DNA of 24,000 bases from Microvirga sp. (GCA_031546825.1 JAVBJU010000002.1:124453-148452), one strand, 5' to 3'; counted from the stretch's first letter, positions 16,045 to 23,593 are shown. Numbers and translations are program-made. The notes: generated from the sequence alone by a model not told the origin.

Positions 16045-16060
16045 TTGTCGATCATTATTT
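16045..16060. promoter_or_regulatory. Copy 2 of the exact 16-nt repeat TTGTCGATCATTATTT, in the ulaC/ulaD divergent region; probable ulaC promoter core
   Basis: It is identical to 15430-15445. On the minus strand, TTGAAA (plus 16077-16082), a 17-nt spacer and AATAAT (plus 16054-16059) form a good sigma-70-like promoter about 90 nt upstream of the ulaC ATG. Confidence 0.5.
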
Positions 16061-16111
16061 TGTGCGAATGGAACTATTTCAAAGTTTTCCGCCGAGGCCC
16101 ACTTGCCAAAA

Positions 16112-16168
16112 TGAACGATACATGTTCAAATATCTTCCGTTGGGCAAAATATATGTTCATATCGTTCA
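16112..16168. promoter_or_regulatory. Candidate DeoR/UlaR operators upstream of ulaD
   Basis: There is an inverted repeat, TGAAC-gatacat-GTTCA (16112-16128), and a direct repeat, GTTCA-tatc-GTTCA (16155-16168). They bracket a possible promoter, TTCAAA-N18-ATATAT (16125-16154). The TGAACGAT octamer occurs on both strands. Confidence 0.45.
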
Positions 16169-16241
16169 TATTTTCAGGCATCTTGACCGTCACGTTCTCT
16201 GATACCGGCCCATTACCGGAATGATCACTGAGGAACCCGTC

Positions 16242-16898
16242 ATGTCTCTTCCCCTGCTGCAACTGGCTCTCGACAACAAATCCCTCGCTGAGGCCTTTCA
16301 ATCTACCCGCTTGCTCGCCCCGGAAATTGATATCATCGAAGTCGGCACTATCCTGGCCTGCGCCGATGGTATGCAGGCCGTGCGCTGCATGAAGGCCGCA
16401 TATCCTGACCGTATCGTTCTCGCTGACGTTAAGGCGGCTGATGCTGGCAGTATTCTCTCCAATATGTGCTTCGACAATGGCGCGGACTGGATGACCGTGA
16501 TCTGCTGTGCGCCCATCGCAACCGTTGAATCGGCGATGAAGGAAGCACAGAAGCGCGGCGGAAAATACGATGTCCAGATCGAGCTGACCGGCTCCTGGAC
16601 CTGGGAGGAAGCCAAAAACTGGCACAAGGTCGGCATTCGCCAGGTTGTCTACCACCGTGGCCGCGATGCCCAGGCCGCCGGGCAATCCTGGGCCAAGGAA
16701 GATATTGACACCATTAGCCGGCTCGCCGAAATGGGCTTTCACCCGTCCATTACCGGTGGTCTCGTCATTGATGACCTACAGCTCTTCAAGGGCTTGCCGG
16801 TGAAGTCGTTCATCTCCGGTCGCTCCATGCGCGAGGCCCCCGATCCGGCGGCTGAAGCACGCGCTTTCAAGGCTCGCATCGCCGAATTGTGGGGCTGA
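16242..16898 (+). CDS. ulaD: 3-keto-L-gulonate-6-phosphate decarboxylase
   Basis: MSLPLLQLALDN...IDIIEVGTIL...IVLADVKAADAG...DWMTVICCA...VQIELTGSWTWEEA...VVYHRGRDAQAAG...FISGRSMREA...FKARIAELWG is near-colinear with E. coli UlaD/SgbH. The start is the ATG at 16242 with a GAGGAA RBS. Confidence 0.92.
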   Translation: MSLPLLQLALDNKSLAEAFQSTRLLAPEIDIIEVGTILACADGMQAVRCMKAAYPDRIVLADVKAADAGSILSNMCFDNGADWMTVICCAPIATVESAMKEAQKRGGKYDVQIELTGSWTWEEAKNWHKVGIRQVVYHRGRDAQAAGQSWAKEDIDTISRLAEMGFHPSITGGLVIDDLQLFKGLPVKSFISGRSMREAPDPAAEARAFKARIAELWG

Positions 16899-16902
16899 CC
16901 CG

Positions 16903-17784
16903 ATGCCGATGCCCGCCCTGCCCTGCCTCGGAATCTATGAAAAGGCGCTGCCCGCGTCCATGAGTTGGCGGGAGCGGCTGCTGGCCGCCCACAAAGCCGG
17001 ATACGATTACGTCGAGATGTCCATCGACGAAACCGATACCCGGCTCGCCCGGCTGCAATGGACGGGCGGGGAGCGGCGGGAACTGCGGGATATCATCAAT
17101 GATACCCGCATGCCCATTCGCTCGATCTGCCTATCCGGCCACCGCCGGTTTCCCTTCGGCAGCGAAGACCCATCCGTGCGGGGGCGCGCCCATGATATCA
17201 TGGCACGCGCAGTGGATTTTGCGGCAGATATGGGTATCCGCACCATCCAGCTTGCCGGATACGATGTCTATTACGAACCCTCCACCGCCGACAGCCTGAA
17301 GCGTTTCGAAGAGGGCCTAACCTGGGCCGCCGGGATTGCCGCGCGCTCCCAAGTGATGCTCGGCATGGAGATCATGGATACGGAACTGATGAGTTCCATC
17401 ACCCGTTGGCTGGCCTATGCCGAGAAAATCCGCAGCCCGTGGTTTCAGGTTTATCCCGATATCGGCAACCTGTCGGCGTGGAATAACGATGTTTCCGCCG
17501 AACTCATCAAGGGTGATGGACGCATCACCGCCATCCACCTCAAGGACACCAAGAAAGTCGCCCCCGGCTTCCCCGGACAGTTCCGTGACCTTCTCTTCGG
17601 CGAAGGTTCGGTGGATTTCGTTGCCGCCTTCCGAACCCTCAAAGCCATGGATTACCGCGGCGCATTTCTCGTGGAGATGTGGACGGACAAGGCCGAAGAC
17701 CCGGTTTTCGAGATTACCCGCGCGCGGCAATGGATCATCGCACGGATGCAGGAGGGCGGGCTGATCGGCCCGCAGAACCCATGA
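16903..17784 (+). CDS. ulaE: L-ribulose-5-phosphate 3-epimerase
   Basis: [10 protein letters not shown]...[18 protein letters not shown]...[16 protein letters not shown]...[14 protein letters not shown]...GMEIMDT.LM.SI...[18 protein letters not shown]...FGEGSVDF matches UlaE/SgbU. The start is 4 nt after the ulaD stop. Confidence 0.9.
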   Translation: MPMPALPCLGIYEKALPASMSWRERLLAAHKAGYDYVEMSIDETDTRLARLQWTGGERRELRDIINDTRMPIRSICLSGHRRFPFGSEDPSVRGRAHDIMARAVDFAADMGIRTIQLAGYDVYYEPSTADSLKRFEEGLTWAAGIAARSQVMLGMEIMDTELMSSITRWLAYAEKIRSPWFQVYPDIGNLSAWNNDVSAELIKGDGRITAIHLKDTKKVAPGFPGQFRDLLFGEGSVDFVAAFRTLKAMDYRGAFLVEMWTDKAEDPVFEITRARQWIIARMQEGGLIGPQNP

Positions 17785-18470
17785 AAAACATCAGACAGGA
17801 AGTGTTCGAGGCCAATATTTCCTTGCCGAAGATGGGGCTGGTGCTCTTCACCTGGGGCAATGCCTCGGCCATCGACCGGGCACGCGGCCTCGTTTTCATC
17901 AAGCCGTCGGGCGTACCCTATGACGCCATGACCGCGAAAGATATGGTGGTGACGGATCTGGATGGGCGCGTGGTTGAGGGCAGACTGAAGCCATCTTCGG
18001 ACCTACCGACGCATCTCGTATTGTACAGAGCTTTTCCCGAAATCGGCGGTGTGGTCCACACCCATTCGAGCCATGCCACCGCCTGGGCGCAAGCTGGCGA
18101 GAGCATTCCCATGGAAGGCACGACGCAGGCCGATTATTTCTATGGTGGCGTGCCCTGCACCCGCGCCATGACCGATGCCGAGATCACGGGTGCCTATGAA
18201 GCTGAGACCGGCAACGTCATTGTCGAAACCTTTCGCACAGGCGGCTTCAGCCCGTTGGAGCGCCCCGCGGTGCTGGTGCGCAATCACGGCCCCTTCACCT
18301 GGGGCAAGGATGTGCACGAAGCCGTTCATAACGCCGCTGTGCTGGAAGAAGTGGCCCGGATCGGGATATTGTCACGCCTTGCCGGGCGTCCGCAGGAAGC
18401 GCAAAAGGCGCTTCTCGACAAGCACTTCCTGCGCAAGCACGGTGCCAATGCCTATTACGGACAGAGCTAA
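17781..18470 (+). CDS. ulaF: L-ribulose-5-phosphate 4-epimerase
   Basis: [33 protein letters not shown]...[11 protein letters not shown]...[34 protein letters not shown]...[20 protein letters not shown]...[15 protein letters not shown] is the AraD/UlaF signature. The ATG at 17781 overlaps the ulaE stop (ATGA). Confidence 0.9.
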   Translation: MKNIRQEVFEANISLPKMGLVLFTWGNASAIDRARGLVFIKPSGVPYDAMTAKDMVVTDLDGRVVEGRLKPSSDLPTHLVLYRAFPEIGGVVHTHSSHATAWAQAGESIPMEGTTQADYFYGGVPCTRAMTDAEITGAYEAETGNVIVETFRTGGFSPLERPAVLVRNHGPFTWGKDVHEAVHNAAVLEEVARIGILSRLAGRPQEAQKALLDKHFLRKHGANAYYGQS

Positions 18471-18504
18471 CCCTAATTTTTTGCACAACGCCAGCGAGGG
18501 CACC

Positions 18505-18765
18505 ATGCAAACCAGAATTGTGGAAGTCGTTAATCCCACCGGCCTGCATACCCGGCCCGGCAATATGTTCGTCAAAAAGGCCAAAGAATTCACCTCCGTC
18601 GTCACCGTCGCCAAAGGCGACAAAGAAGTGAATGCCAAAAGCCTGCTGACCCTGATGAAAGCGGGCATCTGTCAGGGCGACAAAATCACCATCAAGGCAG
18701 AGGGCAGCGACGAGGCGGAAGCCGTTATCGCGCTGGCAGACCTGGTTGCATCCCTGACAGAGTGA
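18505..18765 (+). CDS. ptsH: HPr phosphocarrier protein
   Basis: The protein is 86 aa: MQTRIVEVVNPTGLHTRPGNMFVKKAKEF...EVNAKSLLTLMKAG...AEGSDEAEAV. The active-site His is at position 15 and a Ser is at position 46, both by direct count. A GCGAGGG RBS lies before the ATG at 18505. Confidence 0.9.
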   Translation: MQTRIVEVVNPTGLHTRPGNMFVKKAKEFTSVVTVAKGDKEVNAKSLLTLMKAGICQGDKITIKAEGSDEAEAVIALADLVASLTE

Positions 18766-18770
18766 GAATC

Positions 18771-20519
18771 ATGCAGCGTTTTTCGGGCATCGCCGCTTCG
18801 CCAGGCATCGCCATCGGTCAGGCTTTCCTTTACGTCTCGCCAAAGCTCGACTTTCCCATGGGCACAATTGCGGAAGCGCAGCGGGACGATGAAATCGCCC
18901 TGTGGCGGCGCGGGCGCGATAAAGCCCAACACAGGCTCCAGGCGCTGGTCGATAAGTTCACCGCGTCCGGTAACGACGATATGGCGGGTGTCTTCGAAGG
19001 CCATATTGAAATACTGACCGACGAAGGCATTGAAGAAGCGGTCTGCGATCTTATCCGCAATGGCAGTTTCGCACTCAATGCCAGCCGCGATGTCATGGAA
19101 GCGCAGCGTGCGGAGTTTCTCGCACTCGACGACGAATACATGCGCCAGCGCGCCGATGATATCGGCGATATTGCCCGCCAGTTGCTCTACGCCATTGCGG
19201 GCATCGCATTCATTGACCTCACGCGCCTCCCCATGGGCACGGTGATCATCGCCAATGATCTCGTGCCGTCCGACACCGCACAGATCGACCCCAAAGCTGT
19301 GGTTGGCATCATCACCGAAACCGGCGGGCGCACCAGCCACACCGCCATCATGGCGCGCACCTTTGAAATCCCCGCTGTGGTCGGCTGCTCCGGCATCATG
19401 GCGCAACTCTCCGACGGCTGTGCACTCGTGGTGGATGGCGGCGAAGGGAACATCGTGCGCGACGCCGATGAAAAAACCCTGTCCGACTACCGCGCAGCGC
19501 AGGCACGTGCCGCCGAAGAGCGCCAGCAAATGCTCGCGCTCGCGCCATTGCCCCCCACCACACGTGACGGCATCACTGTGGCGCTTGCCGCCAATATCGG
19601 CACTCCCGCCGATGCCGAGGCCGCGCTGCCCTGGAACCCCGATGGCGTCGGCCTTTACCGCACCGAATGCCGGTTCATGGATCGTGCGGGGACACCCAGC
19701 GAAGAAGAGCAATACCGCGCCTTTTCAGCGGTCGCCAAAGCGATGCCCGGGAAAGACATCATCATCCGCACACTCGATGTGGGCGGCGACAAACCTATTG
19801 CCGCCATCGCCTTCCCCCACGAAGACAATCCCTTCCTTGGCTGGCGGGGCCTGCGCATGTGCCTGTGGCCGGAGGATGGCCACCAGGAGATCCTGCGCAC
19901 CCAGATACGGGCCGCATTACGCGCTGCCGTTCACGGCCACATCATGCTGATGTATCCGATGATATCGTCGTTCGAAGAGGTCGAAGCGGTCAATGAGCTG
20001 TTCGCTGACGTGAAGCGAGAACTCACCGCCGCTGCAATCCCCTTCGGCAATGTGAAAACCGGCATCATGATAGAGACGCCGGGTGCGGCGCTCATCGCCG
20101 ACAAATTGGCTGAAGTGGTTGATTTCTTCTCAATCGGCTCCAATGATCTGACGCAGTATACGCTGGCAGCCGATCGCGGTAATAAGCAGATCGCGCGCTG
20201 CTACCAGCCGTTTCACCCCGCCGTTTTCCGCCTGGTCGCCTCGGTGATAGATGCCGGCAAAAGCCATAATGTGATGGTCGGCATGTGCGGCGAACTCGCA
20301 GGCATGGAGGAAGCCGCCCTGCCACTGCTCGGGCTTGGGCTCGATGAATTCAGCATGGGCGCACAATCCCTGCCCCGCATCAAACGGATCATCCGCGCCG
20401 CAACCATGGACGATGCCAGAATGGCGGCACGGCAGGTTCTTGATGCCCGCACGGCGGAAGAAGCCTTCCGTCTCGCCCATGAAATCATGCAGACCGTATT
20501 AACCCGGGGAGCGCTCTGA
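18771..20519 (+). CDS. ptsI: Phosphoenolpyruvate-protein phosphotransferase (PTS Enzyme I), sugar type without an N-terminal GAF domain
   Basis: MQRFSGIAASPGIAIGQAFLY...TETGGRTSHTAIMARTFEIPAVVG (phospho-His)...GLYRTE.RFMDR...IRTLDVGGDK...NPFLGWRG.R...SIGSNDLTQYTLAADR...GMCGELAG. The ATG at 18771 lies 5 nt after the ptsH stop. The length is about 582 aa, and the SPGIA motif falls within the first 15 residues. Confidence 0.92.
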   Translation: MQRFSGIAASPGIAIGQAFLYVSPKLDFPMGTIAEAQRDDEIALWRRGRDKAQHRLQALVDKFTASGNDDMAGVFEGHIEILTDEGIEEAVCDLIRNGSFALNASRDVMEAQRAEFLALDDEYMRQRADDIGDIARQLLYAIAGIAFIDLTRLPMGTVIIANDLVPSDTAQIDPKAVVGIITETGGRTSHTAIMARTFEIPAVVGCSGIMAQLSDGCALVVDGGEGNIVRDADEKTLSDYRAAQARAAEERQQMLALAPLPPTTRDGITVALAANIGTPADAEAALPWNPDGVGLYRTECRFMDRAGTPSEEEQYRAFSAVAKAMPGKDIIIRTLDVGGDKPIAAIAFPHEDNPFLGWRGLRMCLWPEDGHQEILRTQIRAALRAAVHGHIMLMYPMISSFEEVEAVNELFADVKRELTAAAIPFGNVKTGIMIETPGAALIADKLAEVVDFFSIGSNDLTQYTLAADRGNKQIARCYQPFHPAVFRLVASVIDAGKSHNVMVGMCGELAGMEEAALPLLGLGLDEFSMGAQSLPRIKRIIRAATMDDARMAARQVLDARTAEEAFRLAHEIMQTVLTRGAL

Positions 20520-20550
20520 CCCCTGTTCGACCCCATGAAACTGGATATCT

Positions 20551-20564
20551 TGAACATATCGAAC
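20551..20564. promoter_or_regulatory. GAAC direct repeat (TGAACatatcGAAC) upstream of the DeoR regulator gene; candidate autoregulatory operator
   Basis: It shares the GAAC-AT-rich spacer-GAAC architecture of 15476-15490 and 16155-16168 (reverse complement TGAACgatatGAAC). It lies in the 219-nt gap between ptsI and the regulator gene. Confidence 0.35.
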
Positions 20565-20738
20565 TTTGTCCCATCTGTTCCCCTTGAAGTGCAGCATGGC
20601 AACGGGTTAGGTTCGCGATCGTCATGATGCCGTGAAAACGGGCGGATTGCAGGATAAGACCGCTTGCGCAATCGGGAATGAGTACGGCATCAGCCGGTAC
20701 CTCTCCTTATATTCGTTTGGGCGGCGAAGGAGCGAAGC

Positions 20739-21599
20739 GTGCCTCACAAGACCCCCGCCATCGCAGCGGAAACCGGAAAGACAAGAAAGACCCGCAAGAA
20801 TGTGCCCGGTCGCGCCACCTCGTTGCGGCGGCAGCGGCTGCTTGCACAAATCGGACGTTCCGAAGAAATCCGCGTCACGGAACTGGCAGAGGCGTTTCAA
20901 GTGTCCGAGCTGACGATCCGCCGCGATCTCGACCAGATGGAGCAGGAAGGCCTGATCGACCGCTTCCACGGCGGCGCGCGCCTGCCCAGCACCATGCGCC
21001 CCGAAATTCTATTCGATGACAAGCCGCTTCTGCGTGCCCATGAAAAGGAAGCCATTGGCCGGGCTGCGGCGGAACTCATCAATGACGGCGAAACCGTGCT
21101 GGTCAATGGTGGCACCACCACCCTCGCCGTGCTGCGACATCTGCGCAGCAAAAGCATCTGCGTCGTCACCAACAACGCTGCCGCACCGCTGGAAATGGGC
21201 GAGTCCCGAATCGAGCTGATCCTGCTTGGCGGGCAATACCGGGCAAAATCCCGTTCGCTGTTTGGCGAGTTGGCCGCTCTCACCCTGTCGCAGGTCAATG
21301 GCGGTGTTTGCATTCTCGGCACCAACGGCATCAGCTCCCGCACCGGTACCACAACCTCGGTCTATTCCGAAGGGGCCATCAATCGCCTGATGTCCGAACG
21401 CTGTGCGGGCAAGGTGATTGTCGTTGCCGACGGCACCAAGATCGGCGCCGTCTCGTCGTTTTCGAGCGTTCCGCTGAAGCGCGTCGATATCCTGATTACC
21501 GACTCCTCGGCAGACCCGGACGAACTCGCCGCCATCCGCGCAGCGGGGGTTGAGGTTATCGTGTGCCCCATAAGCAATAGCAACGCATACGCAGGATAG
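20739..21599 (+). CDS. ulaR: DeoR/GlpR family transcriptional repressor, probable ascorbate-operon regulator (UlaR-like)
   Basis: A DeoR HTH (RRQRLLAQIGRSEEIRVTELAEAFQVSELTIRRDLDQMEQEGLIDRFHGGA) precedes a DeoR C-terminal sugar-phosphate sensor domain (VLVNGGTTT...VVTNN...ILGTNGIS...VVADGTKIG). The start is the GTG at 20739, with a GAAGGAG RBS 6 nt upstream. The functional link to ula rests on position only. Confidence 0.8.
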   Translation: MPHKTPAIAAETGKTRKTRKNVPGRATSLRRQRLLAQIGRSEEIRVTELAEAFQVSELTIRRDLDQMEQEGLIDRFHGGARLPSTMRPEILFDDKPLLRAHEKEAIGRAAAELINDGETVLVNGGTTTLAVLRHLRSKSICVVTNNAAAPLEMGESRIELILLGGQYRAKSRSLFGELAALTLSQVNGGVCILGTNGISSRTGTTTSVYSEGAINRLMSERCAGKVIVVADGTKIGAVSSFSSVPLKRVDILITDSSADPDELAAIRAAGVEVIVCPISNSNAYAG

Positions 21600-21606
21600 C
21601 GTATTT

Positions 21607-22224
21607 TCAATCGCTCCTCTCGACCATCGCGATGATCGTTTTGAAGAGCTCGTCCTTCGCCTGCTGAGCGGTCAGCTCGTTGACCGCGGCGGCATACGAC
21701 AAAGCCTCCGCCGCACCGAGCATCGCCCATAGAGCCGATAAGGCGATGCTCCCACCCTTGGAAAAAGGTGAAAGCACGCCCCGACACTTCTCAATAAATG
21801 CTGTCTGATATTCGCGTTTAATTTTTTCCAGTTCCGGCGAACCGGTCAATGCCGCGATAACTCCGGGGATCTCGCGGCCCTGTTTAAGCACACAATCAAT
21901 ATAGCACGATGAAATCAACATGGCCCTCGCCGACAAGGTCGTGTCGCTCGCCTCGAGTGCAGATTCGATGACCGCATTCTGGCGTGCATCAAACTCCTGA
22001 TAGAGCACCGCGAATAGTCTGGTTCGCGTGCCAAAATGGTCGTAAACGACGGGCTTTGTTACGCCCGATTGCTCGGCAAGGGACCCAAGGGTTAGCGCTT
22101 CCGTGCCTTGTTCCCCAACTAGCCTCCACGCAACGTCCAACAGTTGGCGATAGCGCTCTGCTCTCGACATTCGGCGGCGCGATGACGCGCTGGCAACCTG
22201 CGTTTTTGGTTCGGTGCTTGACAT
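21607..22224 (-). CDS. TetR/AcrR family transcriptional regulator
   Basis: MSSTEPKT...RAERYRQLLDVAWRLVGEQGTEALTLGSLAEQSGVTKPVVYDHFGTR is a TetR N-terminal HTH. I use the ATG at 22224, because the track ORF's 35-aa extension runs through the operator/promoter region. The gene is divergent from the oxidoreductase gene. Confidence 0.85.
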   Translation of the reverse strand: MSSTEPKTQVASASSRRRMSRAERYRQLLDVAWRLVGEQGTEALTLGSLAEQSGVTKPVVYDHFGTRTRLFAVLYQEFDARQNAVIESALEASDTTLSARAMLISSCYIDCVLKQGREIPGVIAALTGSPELEKIKREYQTAFIEKCRGVLSPFSKGGSIALSALWAMLGAAEALSYAAAVNELTAQQAKDELFKTIIAMVERSD

Positions 22225-22228
22225 ATTA

Positions 22229-22259
22229 ATATACCAAAAGTAACTTACTATTAGTATAT
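22229..22259. promoter_or_regulatory. 31-bp near-perfect palindrome, candidate TetR operator
   Basis: In atataccaaaagtaacttactattagtatat, 13 of 15 arm positions are complementary around a central C. It starts 5 nt from the tetR start codon and ends 44 nt upstream of the oxidoreductase ATG. Confidence 0.6.
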
Positions 22260-22302
22260 AAATACGCCATTCTCTCATTTCTTGCAAGCAGGAGGCTTCC
22301 GC

Positions 22303-22911
22303 ATGCACGCGCTCATTGTCCTCGCACATCCCCTCGCCTCATCACTCAGCCACAGTATTGTCACCCAGATTGCCGAAGGCATAATCCAGTCAAACCCCGA
22401 TAACTCTGTCGAAATAGCGGACATTACCAAGGAAGGGTTCGATCCTCGATTCAGCATTGCTGATATCGCTGCCTTTCACAAAGAGGCTCCGCCGCCCGCC
22501 GATGTTATCGCCGAACAGGCGCGCATTGATCGCGCCGATGCACTCGTGCTGGTCTTTCCTGTTTATTGGTGGTCGATGCCAGCAGTGCTTAAAGGCTGGA
22601 TTGATCGCGTGTTCAGCAATGGTTGGGCTTACGATGAAGCCCCGGACACCAAACCGGTGAAGAAGCTTGGTCGTCTCCCCGTACATCTGGTTGCGATCGG
22701 TGCGGCACATAGAGAAACGTACTTGCGGCACAGCTTTGCTGAAGCCATGAAGACGCAAATCGAGCACGGCATTTTTGATTATTGTGGCGCCCCCATCTTG
22801 AGCTCCGATCTATTACTCCTCCCGGAATTGCAAGAACCAAACGCATATCAGAATGTCGCCCACGTCATTGGCCGCAAAGTATTTACCACGCAGAGGGCCG
22901 AAGCAGTATGA
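22303..22911 (+). CDS. Flavodoxin-like-fold NAD(P)H dehydrogenase (quinone), NQO/KefF/MdaB-like
   Basis: MHALIVLAHPLASSLSHSI...ADALVLVFPVYWWSMPAVLKGWIDRVFSNGWAY is typical of Flavodoxin_2 family proteins. The ATG at 22303 has GGAGG 8 nt upstream. Confidence 0.75.
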   Translation: MHALIVLAHPLASSLSHSIVTQIAEGIIQSNPDNSVEIADITKEGFDPRFSIADIAAFHKEAPPPADVIAEQARIDRADALVLVFPVYWWSMPAVLKGWIDRVFSNGWAYDEAPDTKPVKKLGRLPVHLVAIGAAHRETYLRHSFAEAMKTQIEHGIFDYCGAPILSSDLLLLPELQEPNAYQNVAHVIGRKVFTTQRAEAV

Positions 22912-22912
22912 A

Positions 22913-23299
22913 TTACACCGCACCGCTCGTTTCGTTCGGCGGCGGTGCGTTCAAGCTTCGCGCCAAACGCTCAATCCGCTCCGCCGTCTGGTCGATTTTT
23001 TCGGCAAAGCGACTGGCGAGGATGGTGCTGCGCTCATCCCCTAGGGAGGCCATCGACTGATAATCAGCAAGTTCGGCCTGGGCCTTTTCAAGTTTGACGC
23101 GCAAATCCATGACTTCATCGGCGACGGTCAACGCTGCCATGACATGCAAACGCATATCGCCGATCTCGCCAAATGCCTGGCGCATTTCGTCGATACGGCT
23201 GTCGAACAGCGCGGCAAGCCCTTCGAGATGGGCTTCCTCGCCGTCGCCGCACGCCATGCGGTAGGACCGTCCGGCAATCGTCACCATGATCTGCGGCAT
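22913..23299 (-). CDS. zapA: Cell division protein ZapA
   Basis: MPQIMVTIAGRSYRMACGDGEEAHLEGLAALFDSRIDEMRQAFGEIGDMRLHVMAALTVADE is the alphaproteobacterial ZapA N-terminal signature, followed by a coiled-coil tail. Confidence 0.85.
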   Translation of the reverse strand: MPQIMVTIAGRSYRMACGDGEEAHLEGLAALFDSRIDEMRQAFGEIGDMRLHVMAALTVADEVMDLRVKLEKAQAELADYQSMASLGDERSTILASRFAEKIDQTAERIERLARSLNAPPPNETSGAV

Positions 23300-23317
23300 T
23301 GTCCCGATCTCTCTTTT

Positions 23318-23593
23318 TTACGCGCCGGTTTCCGACAGAAGGCGTCGCATTGCGTCGGATGCGCGCGTCACGCGTTCCTGCACATCCTGCGTCACGGCAT
23401 CAAGTTTTTTAAGGCGATCCGTGGTCCCCTCCAGGTCGATGGCAAGGCGGGCGCGGTCGTCCTGCATGATCTGAAGTTCGGTCTCCAGATCACCGCGCCG
23501 CTTTTCGACATCAACCTTGCGGGTCACAGACGCCTCGAGCATCCCGAGCGCCGTATCCAGCCGTTTCAATGCTTCATCCAACGATGGCGTCAT
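23318..23593 (-). CDS. DUF4164 coiled-coil protein (usual upstream partner of zapA in Rhizobiales)
   Basis: The 91-aa sequence is entirely heptad-like (LDEALKRLDTALGMLE...LETELQIMQDDRARLAIDLE...). Its stop lies 18 nt before the zapA start. Confidence 0.65.
   Translation of the reverse strand: MTPSLDEALKRLDTALGMLEASVTRKVDVEKRRGDLETELQIMQDDRARLAIDLEGTTDRLKKLDAVTQDVQERVTRASDAMRRLLSETGA

Noticed and set aside
18672-19712. 346-aa minus-strand ORF antisense to ptsI
   Set aside because: It is a shadow ORF opposite a well-supported Enzyme I gene. Its composition is Gly/Ala/Arg-rich and shows no family signature.
20597-20611. TGGCAAcgggtTAGG, resembling a sigma-54 -24/-12 promoter upstream of the DeoR gene
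   Set aside because: The -12 element lacks the conserved GC (TAGG instead of TTGC), and no enhancer-binding protein is encoded nearby.
20601-20630. GGTTCGCGATC resembling a tRNA T-arm in the ptsI/ulaR gap
   Set aside because: The flanking bases do not form a T-stem. No acceptor or anticodon arms can be drawn.
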